The translations under genes were made by a program, and so were the position numbers. A stretch of 64,000 bases of DNA from the human T2T-CHM13v2.0 reference genome, Homo sapiens. Shown here in pieces: positions 16,305-32,110 of this stretch. The notes beneath the pieces are model-generated. The model was not told the origin of the DNA and did no database searches. It worked only from the letters and a program-made list of their open reading frames with translations. The number at the start of each line of letters is the position of its first letter. Position 1 is the first letter of the stretch. The stretch is from NCBI RefSeq assembly GCF_009914755.1, contig NC_060929.1; one strand, given 5' to 3'.

Positions 16305-16348
<44 letters not shown>
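16031..16348 (+). mobile_element. Alu (AluSg-like), full length, A43 tail
   Basis: ggccaggtgcagtggctcac...; TSD aaaaattactctggca at 16015-16030 and 16344-16359. Confidence 0.95.
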
Positions 16349-16350
<2 letters not shown>

Positions 16351-16649
16351 ACTCTGGCATCACACTCCGCTCACCTACAGAGAGGGCAAGTGGGACATCC
16401 TGATTTGCACTCTGTTGTCAAGTGTTAATGATTCTGAAAAAGAACTGATTCTGATCATGGAAAACATACCAATCTCTGAAGCTTATTGGCATTTTCTAGC
16501 ATGTGAATCCTGCCTAAAAGAATCCTGAATAAAATAGGCACAGCAAGTTGCATTAATCAGACACAAGCATCTTTTGGAAAAGGTCAAATTTACGCGTGTG
16601 GAAGTTTATAGATCCTGTACTTAAATAAATATAACATGTATAAATCTTC

Positions 16650-16965
16650 TGCCTTAGCTAGTTTGGGCTGTTATAACAAATTATCGTAGATTGGGTGGCA
16701 TATAAACAACATTGTATTTCTCACATTTCTATGGGTTGGAAGTCTGAGATCAGGGGGTCAGGATGCCTATATGGTCCATTCTGGGTTCTGGAGAGGGTTC
16801 TTTTCCAGGTTGCTGATTGCCTCCTCATTGTAGCCTCAGAAGGCAAGAGAGCCCTCTGAGGTTCCTTTAAGAAGGGCATTAATCCAATTTGTGAGGGCTC
16901 CACCCTCATGAACTAGTAACCTGCCAAATGCCCATGTGGGGGTCCACAAACATTTAGTCAGTGTA
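16650..16965 (-). mobile_element. MaLR LTR (MLT1A-like)
   Basis: gggctgttataacaaattatcgtagattgggtggc...gagggctccaccctcatga is the typical antisense MLT1A pattern. Confidence 0.75.
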
Positions 16966-18039
16966 CCTCCAAAATATTTTTTCTATTCTCATAATTTCCA
17001 CCTATTTCGCTCTCATTTCCTTTTGGAGTATTTTTCACCTGCCAATTTGTTTATGATTCATTGTCTTATTGGGAGTGTAGGTGACTCTAAGAATCCAAAT
17101 TCAAGGGCTGAAAGTTCTCAGGGACCAGGGCAAGGCCTTGAATCAGAGCTAAGCAGGCAAACCAGAGTCCTGTTTTCATTTCAGAGTAGAGGTCAGCGCC
17201 TACTGTGTGTGAGAAACCACTTGGACTAACAAAACCCAGGAAAATACAGCAGCTAGACATCATACAAAATCAGAAGTGCAGAGTCCAGGCACATGGGCAT
17301 AGCCAGACAACCTGTAAGAACTGTAGAAATAAAAAAAATCCTATAGAAATTTATTTCTGTAAAACCACCTTTGATTGGTGTGATCTTTGCAATCCAAGGC
17401 CACTCTTCTATGACTCAGCTTCTCATTATTTCTTGGTCATACAATTTGGATAACCTTTTTAGTGGCCTCCCTACTTTCCATCACCTTTTTTTCCTTCAAC
17501 TCATCATAGATCTGGAATCAGATTGTTTTTGCCAAAGTAAATAGTCAATTAAACCACCCCACTATTCTAGAACTTTCAACAACTCCTCATATTTAGCCTT
17601 GGCTTCAAGGACATCGCTCTCATACCTCACACTATTTTTATAGCCTTATCTCTCCCTATTCTAATTATTTTAAATGACATCCAAATGGCCAGTGTCTGAC
17701 TATTCCCTGTGTATTCCTTCTTCTTAGTAATTTCCATCATTTTCTCCCCCTCTTTAGTCAAAACCTACTGATTCTTTAAATCTTCTTTCAACTGCCATCT
17801 CTACTGATGACAATGTCCCTCCTCTGAACTTTCTCAGTCCTTTGTGAGCCAGTACTTTGGAATTCTTTTGTGGTACTTTTCTCATATTGCCATCTGTAAA
17901 AAATGTTTGATTTACCCTCTCATAGGCACTAATTAAACAGGGCTGTTTTATTCATGACGAGCTATAAGCAAAGCTCCTAGGACTTATGAGCTTTTAAAAA
18001 GCTTACAAAAAGGAGATGATATCTGAAAAATTTTCACAT

Positions 18040-19380
18040 CCCTGATTCAAGTCTGAAGGAGGAAAAATAAAGACAATACCGAGAAAAATTGTACAAACCT
18101 GCAGAATATCAGGGACACAGAGAAAAATTTTAGATGTAACCAGAGAAAAAAATTTTACTTGTATAAGAGTAATTAAATTACAACAATAATATTAGAGATA
18201 AGAAGACAAAGAAATAATATCCTTAACTGCAGAGCAAAACAATTGTAAAATTAGAATTGTATACCAGGTTAAATTATTATTAGAGTGAGGAAAAAAATAA
18301 AAATATTTTCAGACAAAGTCACTGAGAGTTTATCACCAGCACATCATTGCTGAAAGAAATACTAAAGGACAGACATGAAGAATGAAATTCAATCTAGAAA
18401 GTGCTCAATTGTTTAAAAAAGAAAGAAAGAAAGGATAAGCAAAGGAATTGCTAAATATGTAGGCAATGTGAATAAATATTGACTAAAAAGTAATAATGAT
18501 GACTAACTTGGAGGGTTATAAAAACAAAGTCAAATGAAAATATTAGACACTAGAATGCATGGAAGGTCCTTGTACTGCTCAAGAGGAGGTTAGAAATACT
18601 GATTTTGTCAATTCAAATATTTATGTTAAAAATGTAAGAATAATCATTTTATGCAAGGAAATAAAATAACTTCCAACCAGTGAAGAGGAAAAGAAGGGAG
18701 AAGGAAAATACAAAAAAACAAACAGAAGACAAGAAAGAAGAAAAAAAGCATCTCCCCCTCCAACAAAAGAACATTAAATAGAAGACATGAAGTAAAATGG
18801 TAAAAGTAAATAAAAATATATTAGTACATTGGATAAAAATCATAATCCTGCCATGTTCAGTTTATACTTATATAAAAAGAGTTATAACAAGTTTGAAAAG
18901 ATGTAAAAGGCAAATGCTACCTCAAAAACAGCTGAAATAGCCAAATTAACATCAGCCAAAATCCACTAGAGTATAAAAGCATTAATAGGAGTAAAGAGGG
19001 TTACTATATAATGATTAAAAAATTCACCATGAAGATTAAATAGTCTTGAACTTTCAAACTCTTAACATATTTTCAAATTTTATACATTAAAAATCAAAAG
19101 AATCACAAAAGAAGATGATAATTCTACAATAATAATGGGAGTTTTAAGTAAACCTCTCATTGAAAAATCACCTGGAGAAGAAAATTAATAAGAATTAAAA
19201 AAACTTGAACAATAAATAAGTTTTATTAGTCAAATTCTGAACCCAACAATTAAAGAGGATACTTTAAAAAACATGCATAAAGCATATACAAAAATTGTTA
19301 GTTTACAAAACAAGTTTCTGCAAATACAATTAAAGTTATCTCATAGACATAATCTCTGACCAAAATCCAATAAAATTAAA
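18040..19380 (+). mobile_element. Ancient L1 (L1M/L1ME) ORF1-ORF2 remnant
   Basis: A-rich plus strand with degenerate L1 motifs (agaattgtataccaggttaaattatt; ataataatgggagttttaa; ataatctctgaccaaaatccaataaaattaaaa). Confidence 0.55.
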
Positions 19381-20635
19381 ATAGATAACAAAATAATAGA
19401 CAAATAGGTCAATGGAACAAAATGGAGAGACAAGAAGTAGGCCTACGTAAATAGAGTCAATTGATCTTTGACAAAATAGCAAGAGCAATCCAAAAAAGAA
19501 AATGTAGTCTTTTCAACAAATGGTGCTGGAGCAATTGGACATTCACACGCAAAAAAATGAATCTGGACTTAGACCTTACACCCGTCACAAAAATTAACTG
19601 AAAATGAATAACAGTCCCATGTGTATAAAACTCTTAGAAGATAACATAGGAGAAAAGCTAGATGAACTTGGTTATGCTAATGACTTTTTATATATGACAC
19701 CAAAGGCACAGTCCACAAAAGAAACAATTGATAAGCTGGATTTCATTAAAATAAAAAACTTCTTCTCTGTAAAAGACATTATCAAGAGAAAAAGACAAGC
19801 CACAGAATGGGGGAAGATGTCTGCAAAGATGTATTTATTAAAGAATATTTATCCAAAAGATACAAAGAACTCTTAAAACTCAACAAAAAGAAAATAAAAA
19901 ACCTGATTAAAAAATGAGCACAAGACCTGAAAAGATACCTCACCAAAGAAGATGTATAGATGGCATATAAATTTATGAAAAGATGTTCAACACCGTATGT
20001 CATTAGGGAACTGCAAATTAAAACAGTGAGATACCACTACCAACTTATTGGAATGGCCAAAATCCAAAACACTGGCAAGATCAAATGCTGGCAAGGATGT
20101 GGAGCAACAGGAACTCTCATTCATTGCTGGTATGAATGCAAAATGGTACATTCATTTTGGAAAACAGTTCAGCAATTTCTTACAAAATGAAACATATTTT
20201 TACCATGCAGCTTAACAATCATGCTCCTCGATATTTACCCAAATGAGTTGAAAACTTACATCTATACAAAAACCTTCTCACAGATGTTTATATTAATAGC
20301 AATTTTATCCATGATTACCAAAACCTGAAGCAACCAAGATGTTGTTCAGTAGGTGGATGGATAACTAAATTGTAGTATATCCAGACTATGGAACATTATT
20401 TATTACTAACAAGAAATGAGCTATCAAGCCATGAAAAAAGACATGGAGGAAACGTAAGTGCATATTAATAAGTGAAAGAAGCCCAGCCAGAAAGGCTACA
20501 TACTGTATAATTTCAGCTATATGACATTTTGGAAAAGGCAAAACTACAGAGACAGTAAAATGATCAATGGCTGCCAGTGGAGGGAGGGATGAATAGATCA
20601 ATTTTTATGGCAGTAAAGGTATTTTGCATGCTATC
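19381..20635 (+). mobile_element. L1MC1-like 3' portion
   Basis: ORF fragments 19604-19876 (IKLLEDNIGE..IDKLDFIKIK) and 19960-20190 (KCWQGCGATGTLIHCWYECK); 3'UTR gagctatcaagccatgaaaaaagacatggagg. Confidence 0.8.
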
Positions 20636-20650
20636 TGAAATCTTTATCTT

Positions 20651-20866
20651 TTTTTTTTTTTTTTGAGGCGGAGCCTCCCAAGTAGCAGCCTCCCAAGCAG
20701 CTGGGACTACAGGCACATGACACCACACCCAACTAGTTTTTGTATTTTTAGTAGAGATGGGGTTTCACCATGTTGGCCAGGATGGCCTCGATCTCTTGAC
20801 CTCGTGATCTGCCTGCCTTGGCCTCCTAAAGTGCTGGATTACAGGCATGAGCCACTGTGCCTGGCC
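20651..20866 (-). mobile_element. Alu (AluSc-like) with most of the right monomer deleted
   Basis: PolyT, then gaggcggagcctcccaagtagc; intact left monomer (gatctcttgacctcgtgatc). TSD t(g/a)aaatctttatctt at 20636-20650 and 20867-20881. Confidence 0.9.
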
Positions 20867-21439
20867 TAAAATCTTTATCTTAAATAGACTCAAATGGGCT
20901 ATTGTACTCTTAATTGGCATGACTAGAAAATCCCGATTAAATAATGCTTTTGAAAAACTGCAAAAACTTGGCTTTAGGTCAATCAATATTGTAAAAATGT
21001 AAATTCTCTCTAAACTTATAAACAGTCCAATTTCAAATTATCAGTATGCTTTTGTTGCAACTTGACAAAAATAATTCTAATGATTTCTAAAAGCATGTAC
21101 ATGCAACAATGGATAGGCAATTCTAAAACAGGGAATATAAACAGGGTTTACCTTGTCAAATATTAAAATGGGTTAAGACAATATAATTTTGAGGTACTGT
21201 GAAAATAAATTTTAAAGTGTATGGAAATTTATATCACGATATCATTTTAAATTAATTAAATAAAGATGGATTATTTGGAAAAAAATTGGTGCTGGGAAAA
21301 TTTTCTAGTTATTTGGAAAATAATGAATCTGAGTTCACTGATGTAAATTCTAAGTAGACCACAGACTTAGTGTATCTATACAAGCAAAAAACCCAAAAAA
21401 CTAATAGACGAAATAAAAACTATAAAAGCAATATTTTCT

Positions 21440-21610
21440 AAGTGCTAGGCACTGTTTTGAGCTTTTCTTAAAAAACTGTATATCTTTTACAGACTTGAAT
21501 ACAGAGGCAGATGGAGGTTAAGTAACTGGCCAAGTTCACACAGCAAGAGGAAAAGCAGGGATTCTGAACACAGTTGGATTTCAGACCCAAATTTGCCCTA
21601 GGCACTGTGT
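21440..21610. mobile_element. MIR
   Basis: MIR core ttttacag...gaggttaagtaactggccaagttcacacagc. Confidence 0.65.
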
Positions 21611-21623
21611 TGCACAGCATGGC

Positions 21624-22106
21624 TGCAACGGTCAATTTTATGTGTTATCTTTTCTGGACCATGGATGCCCAGCTAAGTGTTTAAACATTTTGACTGGGTG
21701 AGTCTGTGAACCCTTTCAGAACCCCTTTCTGAAAGAGATTAGCATTTGAATTGGCAGATTGAGCAAAGCAGACTGCTGTACCCAATACGGATGGGCCTCA
21801 TCCAATCTGTTGAGGGTCTGAATAGAACGAAAAGGCAGAGAGGAGGGTTGCATTCACTCTGGCTGACTGCTTGAGTTGGGACATCGATCTCCTCCTGACC
21901 TTGGAGCCTCTAGTTCTTTAGCCTTCAGACCTAGACTGGAACTTACACAATTGGCTCACAGGCCTCCAAACTACACCACTGGATTTTCTGGGTCTCCAGC
22001 TTGCAGACGGTGGATAGTGGAACATCTTACCTAGCCTTCGTAAGTGAGCAAGCCGGTACTTATAATGAATTTCTTCATAAATCTGTTTCTCGAAAATCCT
22101 AATACA
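21624..22106 (+). mobile_element. ERVL LTR (MLT2C/D-like)
   Basis: ggtcaattttatgtgt..., gattagcatttgaattggcagattgag, gggcctcatccaatctgttgagggtctgaatagaac; ends cctaataca. Confidence 0.8.
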
Positions 22107-22141
22107 GCTACCCTAGATAACATGAAAAAATGTATACAGCA

Positions 22142-23830
<1,689 letters not shown>

Positions 23831-25382
23831 GAGGAAAGGGAGAACCCATTTATCTTCATAAGTAGTTTAACAGATAGTTAGAAGGTAGTCTACAAATATA
23901 TTGGTAGATATTTATTAAACCATGTTACAAAAACGGTTGTAACAATAGTCACCAAAATATTAATTGTGGTTACTATTGAGTGGTTAGATAATGCTGGATA
24001 ATAAAAATATTATTTTTATTTTCTTCTTTTATCTTTCTTGTTTTTTAATTTTATAAGTTTTCTCTATATCTTCTATAATATATAAAATTCTAAATTACTT
24101 ATTTTAAAAATAATTATCTTTTTATAGATTCGGGGGCACAAGTGCAGCTGTGTTACATGGATATATTGTGTACTGGTCAAGTCTGGTTAAATTATTAGTT
24201 TAAATATATGTCATAATCTGTGATTACTAGAATCACTAACACCATCACCTGTAAATTGATTACCACAACAGTAAGCCACATTTCAATTCGTACTGTTGAG
24301 AAAATATCAAAATTTGCATAACAGTTTGCCCATCATATGTCAATTCATTCTGCCACATTTAAAAAGAAGTCATGGGAGATAAGTGTGGGTGCTAGTTCAG
24401 AATGAGATTCAGCATTTGTTCAATATATTTCAAACATTTTAACACATTGGAAAGGTGCTGTTCATTTATCAAAGCATCACAGATACTTCTATGAGCAAAT
24501 TTTGAAGGAGTAATCTTGTGACTGTTCAACCACCTGGAATAAAACAAAATGTTCCAAATTCAATTTATTTTATCTTTTAAGTAAACAAAATGAAGTGCAC
24601 AGGCCTTGACACTGTCCTTGTTGAAGAAAGTGCATCTCCACAGTGGAGATGGATTCTGATTTACTGTCTGAAGATATGCTATTGTCCTTTAATAATGTTT
24701 TGAAGGCAGATACTAGCCCTGATGATCATATCCAATGTGATTGTGTTATTTTCTTGCCACAGTGCTACAAAATAAATTAATTTTCCTAAATAATAACAGG
24801 ATGATCTAAAAAGAAATTTATAGTACTTGACCCCTGTCTTTTAAAGTAACCAATTCCTAGTGCTTTAATTGAAAGGATGGCTGTGTTAAGGACAAACTCT
24901 GCTGTTGAGCAAAAATCCAGTTAGTTATTAAGAGCACTTTCTGAGGTAACTTCAGTTAGACTTTTTCTCTAAAGCTGCTTACAGCTGTGAGAGGGAGTCA
25001 ATAAAGAGTGAGGCTAGAGGGAAGGAGAGAAAAGGAGAATTCAGTATGATACTTCTTATTTGAGAAAAGAGCATTGTGGACAAGCTCTCTTGAATTAGTC
25101 AAAGAAACATATCTAGACTAATAAAAATGTCTTCTTGATTCAGGCAGAAGGGAAGTCAGATAGGACCAAAGCAGGCAGAGCCAGGCTTTAAAACCAGGGG
25201 TGTGGGTGGGGGGGTGCTATGCTGATTGGGGCTGTGTGGTACACTTAGAGGGAGTCATGCTTGCATGCCTTCTCCACCAGGTCTTGGGCACCCCTCATGC
25301 CCTGCCCTCAGTTCTCCCTCTGTGGTAGAGAGAGAATAAAGGATTTGATAGTGTCTGTGATACCTGGGAAACCCAATTATTT

Positions 25383-25523
25383 GTTTTTTGTTTGTTTTGT
25401 TTTGCTTTTATTTTAGTACAGACAGGGTTTCACTAGGCTGCTCTCCAACTCCTGACCTCAAGCAATATGCCTGCCTTGGCCTCCCAAAGTGATGGGATTA
25501 CAGGCATGAGCCGCTGCACCCAA
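25383..25523 (-). mobile_element. Alu left monomer only (FLAM-like), with perfect TSD
   Basis: T-rich tail, ttttagtacagacagggtttc...gggattacaggcatgagccgctgcaccc; TSD ggaaacccaattattt at 25367-25382 and 25524-25539. Confidence 0.9.
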
Positions 25524-25755
25524 GGAAACCCAATTATTTTGGGCTCTGGATTGTCAGGCGGGAGACCTGAGTTACTCACTTTGTGTTTTCACTGCTTCCC
25601 TGGTTTTAAAAGGTCATTGTGACAAGAGCGATAGAAGGAGCTTGTTCAAGATGCTGATTCCTGGCCACCACGCCCTGTGCTTCTGGTGCAGTAGGTCTTC
25701 AGTAGGACACAGGGACTTGCATCTTTAGCCAGATCTCTGGGTGATTCTAATGTGA

Positions 25756-26053
<298 letters not shown>

Positions 26054-27524
26054 TGATGTGATTTTTGACTGTATCCCAGATACACTGAATTAGGTGATCC
26101 TGACAGGTAAAAGTCAAGGCTGAATGGAGACATGGGGTGAAATAGTATAGGACATTGTGGGCAGTGTACCTTCTTCTCCTTATTCTCTGCTGCATCTAAT
26201 TTACTATAATTGGCCTTTTAGGTGGAGAGGAGTAAGTGGTAGTATGTGAGTTCATCAAGGCACTTGGATGAAACCTGACAGAGAATCCCTTCTGTATGGG
26301 AATTCCTAATTTATATTCATTGTTAGTAGAGAGGTAAGTCAATAGAAAGGAAAGTGAGATGTTGGGAGGAATGGTCTCTATCAGAATCATGCCTTTTTCC
26401 TTCTTATCAATATCTCAGAATTTGCAAGGTCTTTCGAAGAGAAAGTTGATGCAACTTCTGAGGAGATGGCTCAGTACAAAGTACACTGAATTATTACCAA
26501 GTCTTAGTAGGACTGTGGGTTGAGTCAAGTAATCATCTCACAGAAAGAAAAATAAGCTTCAACAGAGCTAATCCTGACTGAGTTGAGAATTCCTAAATGA
26601 ACTGTAAAATTATAACTGTGCAAAGGGACTCCATAAAGGCCATGTTTATGTATATATATTTGGCAAAGCCTGAAAAGCACAGAGAGTCTCCAGCTCTAAT
26701 CAGCCCATTTAAAAATTGTGCCTACTAAAGCTCTAGTATAATAGACCATTTGATCCTTATTTTAAGAGAACTAAAGGCTTTCCAGATTCTGCACAGGACT
26801 TTACTCTGTGAATAGGTCCTTAGTGTGCAATTAGTCACTTTTGTAGCCATTAATTTTAGACCACTTATTGCAGAATTATTTGTTCTCAAGTCTGCCTGCC
26901 AAAAGTACATATGTGCTAAGGTGCTTATTGTACTAATTAATAACATGGCTGAGAATGATGAAGTGATCTGATGGAATGGTTCATTTTTCAAATTGGGGGC
27001 TCCCAATTGGGGGATTAATTCAAAGATGAGTTTTTGCCATCATACTCACAAGTGAGACTTTAAAAAGTCTGGAAGTGCGGTGCTTGTACCTGAGAACTGG
27101 GGTTAAAAAGGATTTTAGAAGACACTTCCCTGACAGAGAAGGCTGAAGAAGAAGACTGTGAGAGACAGCAGCTGCCTGGCAGGGTTGGCCTTAAAGCTCT
27201 CTGCATTAGTCTCAGGAGGTCTCATGTTATGCTCAGTAGAGTTTAAATGTAGCCAAGATATTGGAATAACACTGAAGAAGAAGAAACACACATGTCAAAT
27301 TATAACTTTGGGAATCATTGATTTTATGCCCAGGAAGGGAGAAGATTTTGGTAATGGGTTCTGAAGCCATTGATTGGGCCAAATGCTGGAGGGAAGTGGT
27401 GAGAACACAACTAAAGATGTATGGTTAAGTTGTGTTAAAATCTGTCCTGTTTTAAACAGTCATAGTTCATGGGTTTATTTTTGTCTAGTACTGTGTTCTA
27501 GAGGTAAAAATTTGGTATAAATTA

Positions 27525-27926
<402 letters not shown>

Positions 27927-28445
27927 CTAGAGTTTAAAGCACCACAGATTGTCTTTCTGAGATAATCTAATGACCTCAAAATACATTTGGTACTAGACAT
28001 GTAGAAAAGCTAGACCTACCTTGGAGGACCTATGAAGATTTGTGTGTTTATCGGACCCACAAACATATTATATTATTCTCAGCCATAACAGCCTCACTCT
28101 CTGGGGCTTTTAGAGTGATAAAATATTAGGCAGTTACTAGATTTTGCACATAACTTTGACATCATAGTATTTTGTTTTGATGACTTGTTAGCTAATTGTT
28201 TGAGTTGCAGGATTACAAAATGTGTGAAGCAGTACAGATTTGATTTTAGTGGAAAAGGCCTAATAATGGAATAAAATGCAAATTTGTTTCTGTAAAATAT
28301 AACCAAGGGACAAGTAGTAGAAATCAAACTGAATCCTCTTTAGAAATATTTCGTTTCTTGTACTTTCATCTCTATTAGCACTTTACATGTTCATTTTTTC
28401 AGTGCTAATTTAAAAGAAAATTTAGCTACATTAAGAATGAATTTA

Positions 28446-28736
<291 letters not shown>

Positions 28737-29360
28737 TTAAATTAATAATTAATTTGAGTTGGTGTTCATGGCAAGCCTGTAATATATTCATTAGAGTGGA
28801 CATTTAAGTGTTCCAGTTACTTCTGGGCATAGGCATTTTTATAACATTAGATAATCCTTCTATTTACCTTTCTTTTATTTTTTTTAAAGTCTCTTAAGTA
28901 CCAAAAGATCAAACCCAAAGGACTAAAGTTGTTTATGTAACTCAAAAGAAACTCCAGCATAATATAAAAAAGATGATAAGTCAGGAAAAAGGAAACCACT
29001 GTCACCACTCTCAAATTAGTCTGTTCAAAATGTTTACTGTCAGGATCATTTTTCCCAAGGAACATATACATTTTCCCATTCTCCTGTTACAGCTGACATT
29101 TTTTGAGGTGGGGGGGAGGGCGGAAAAAAATTTATGGAATTAACCATTATTATAACTTTCTGTTTTTCTCATTGTATTCATCAATTTTTTGATTTTAAAT
29201 ATTGTGAAAGATAAAGAGAGGATCAAATAGTTTATCTTCACATGAGGTAAGACTGTTTATGTCTGATAATGAGAGTTGCCAGTGTTGTACCTTCAAACTT
29301 TTAGATGTTGCATTTGTTATTGTTTAAAGAATAATCCGTGGAGTGATTCTAAAATGTACA

Positions 29361-29690
29361 CAGTTGGTCCTTCATATCTGTGAGTTCTGCATCTGTGGAT
29401 TCAACCAATTTTGGATTGAAAATATCCAGAAAAAAATGTGTTCGTACTGAACATGTACAGACTTTATTGTCATTATTCCCTAAACAATACAGTATAACAA
29501 CTATTTATATAACATTTGCATTATATTAGGTATCATAAGTAATGTAGAAGTGATTTAAAGTATACAGAAGGATGTGCTGGGTAATATGCAAATACTGTGC
29601 CATTGTATATCAGGGACTTGAGCGTTGATAGATTTTGGGATTTGAGGGAGGTTCTGGAACCAATCCCCTGCTGATACCAAGGGACTACCT
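29361..29690 (-). mobile_element. MER2 (TcMar-Tigger non-autonomous DNA transposon)
   Basis: Termini cagttggtccttcatatc and gataccaagggactacct; internal gtggattcaacc, ctgaacatgtacagact, ctggaaccaatcccc. Confidence 0.85.
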
Positions 29691-30679
29691 ATCGTATGTG
29701 CTTTAGGGAAAGTTGTAAAGTGAAAACTTTCTGATAGTATTTTTAAAGCATTTGAACATGTCATCCAAATTATCCAAATGTGTGCATTTTATAGTATAAT
29801 GATATCTCATATTTAATCATGCAGAAGCACCTTCTGTGGAATCTATGAATTTTAGAGGATTTTGGAGAGTTTTAACAAGAGAGACATTTTGTGTAGTGAA
29901 GAGCGCAATGAACTGGGAGTTGGTCTGTGGCCTCTTCTGAGGATGATTTTTTCCTACTTTCTCAGGCAAAATTAATCACAGTATTGTTAACCTTGAGGGG
30001 TGGTATGACTGAAGGGGGCTTCTCAGGTGCTGGTTTTGGATTGTGGCGCTAATTACACAAGTGTGTTCATTTTATGAAAATGATTTATATACTTATGCAT
30101 GTATGTAACACTTTAAAAAGTTTTAAAAAACTGCTGTCTAAAATTTAAGAGGAAAATACAGTTATGGCTTTGATAACAGCAGCAACAAAATCATGTCCAT
30201 CCTATTCCCACTGCCTCCATGCACACCTCCACTGTTGTGTTTTCCACATTGTATTCTAATAATCTGTTATGATGTCACCACTGTCAGACACATCACCAGG
30301 GTAGAGAAGAAAGTGGCATTGCAGGAAATGTCTACAGTGGTGCCTGGCAGTAGTGTACTTGTCATGTAGAAAATTAAGAGATTTCACTATGGGGTGGCTA
30401 AGACTTTTTCTAGTTTGAAAATTCTGTGAGAATATATTAAAAATACAAATATATATGTACCAGAAATATATTAGAATGTTAATAACATCCCATGGTGATT
30501 GAAGTTAGTGAAAATAAGGATAACTAAAAAATAAAAACTACAAATAAAAGATGGTTTCAAAATATAAGTAGGGCTTCCAATTTATGAAACTAAAAATTGA
30601 ATTAATCTTCTGAGGGTCATACTTACTAGTTTAATTCAACCTTGCATTTTCTGTTAGAGGAAAGCATTTTATATAATTT

Positions 30680-31812
30680 GAACTTGTGGTGATAAGGAAA
30701 AAATCAAAAGCAATATTACTTGAAAGTAGACTATGGTAAGTTAAAGATGTATGCTATAAACATTAAAGCAATCAGTAAATTAACACAAAAAAGTTATAGC
30801 TAATAAGCTAACAGTAGAGATAAAATGAAATAAAAATATAGTTAATACTAAAGAGGGAAGAAAAAGAGGTACATAGGACTGAAGAACAAATGGGAAAATA
30901 GAAAACAAATAGGAAGATGATACATTTTAATCCAACATCAGTGATCACAATCATTGTAAAATAGAAACTATTTTCAACTGAATAAAAATAAAACATCAGA
31001 TGTAAAAATTTTTGCTAAAGTAACTGGCATAGTACTCAGAAGGAAATTTATAGTTATAAATACTTATATTAAAAATACACGTCTGAAATAAAAGAAACTA
31101 GGAAAAGAGAGTCAGTTATAAGCAGAGCAAGCAGAAGAAAGGAATTAATGAAAAGAGTAAAAATCAATGAACTAGAAAACAGAAAAGCAATAGAGAAAAT
31201 CAAATAACCCAGAAGCGGATTCTTTGAGAAATTTAATAACATTGATAAACCTCTAGTCATACTGAGAAGGAATAAAAGGGAAGATACAAATTACCAATAT
31301 CAGACTTTACCACAGATTCTACAGATATTAAAAAGATAACAAGGGAATCTCAGGAATAACGTTATGCCAACAGATTCAAAGACCTTGAGAGACACCAGCA
31401 GATTCAAAGACCTTGAGAGACATGAATTACCAATTTCTCTCAAGAAGTAAACTTGAGATAGATATTCCTTGTGAACATAGAGGTAAAAAACTCTAAGCTA
31501 ACTGAATCCAACAACATATAAAATTAATAAGACGTCATGTCCAAGTGAAGTTTATCCCACGAATTTGTCAGTTTAACATTTGAAGATATCAATTAATGTA
31601 ATTACCCATTCTAACAAATTAAAAAGGAAACACCATGTGATTATTTCAATAGATTTTTTTTTAAAAAAGCATTGAACAAAATTCAGCACTTGTTCATGAA
31701 TAGAAGGGAACTTTTTCAACCAGGTAAAGGGCATCAGTGAAAAACCTACAGCTACCATTGTACTTAATGGTGAAATCATATATATTTATAGCTTAAGATC
31801 AGGAACAAGGCC
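30680..31812 (+). mobile_element. Old L1 (L1M4-like) ORF2 remnant
   Basis: aggaaatttatagttataaatacttatatt; ttctttgagaaatttaataacattgataaacctctag; aaaacctacagctaccattgtacttaatggtgaaa. Confidence 0.7.
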
Positions 31813-31894
31813 ATTATACCTGGATGATGAGATACATATTATAGATTAAAAAATATCTGAATAGCTTCCTTTGGCTTTTGGCATTTTATCAACA

Positions 31895-32110
31895 TGATAA
31901 TAACAATAATACAAATAAAAATCATGGCTAATATTTATTGCATATATATTATAATATTGTAAGTGCTCTAAATACATTATCTCATTTAACCCTCACAATA
32001 ACCTTTAGTTATCCTCCCTATTTTATAGTTGAGTTTTAAAGACATTAAGTAACTTGTCAAAGTTCATATAGATGGTCAGTGGAATTCACATCTTCATAAC
32101 TCCAGTGGTG
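31895..32110. mobile_element. MIR
   Basis: gctaatatttattg...attatctcatttaaccctcacaataacct...ttaagtaacttgtcaaagttcata. Confidence 0.7.

Noticed and set aside
24633-24651. Perfect 9-bp inverted repeat catctccac-a-gtggagatg
   Set aside because: About 0.25 expected by chance in 64 kb (64000 x 4^-9); no supporting context.
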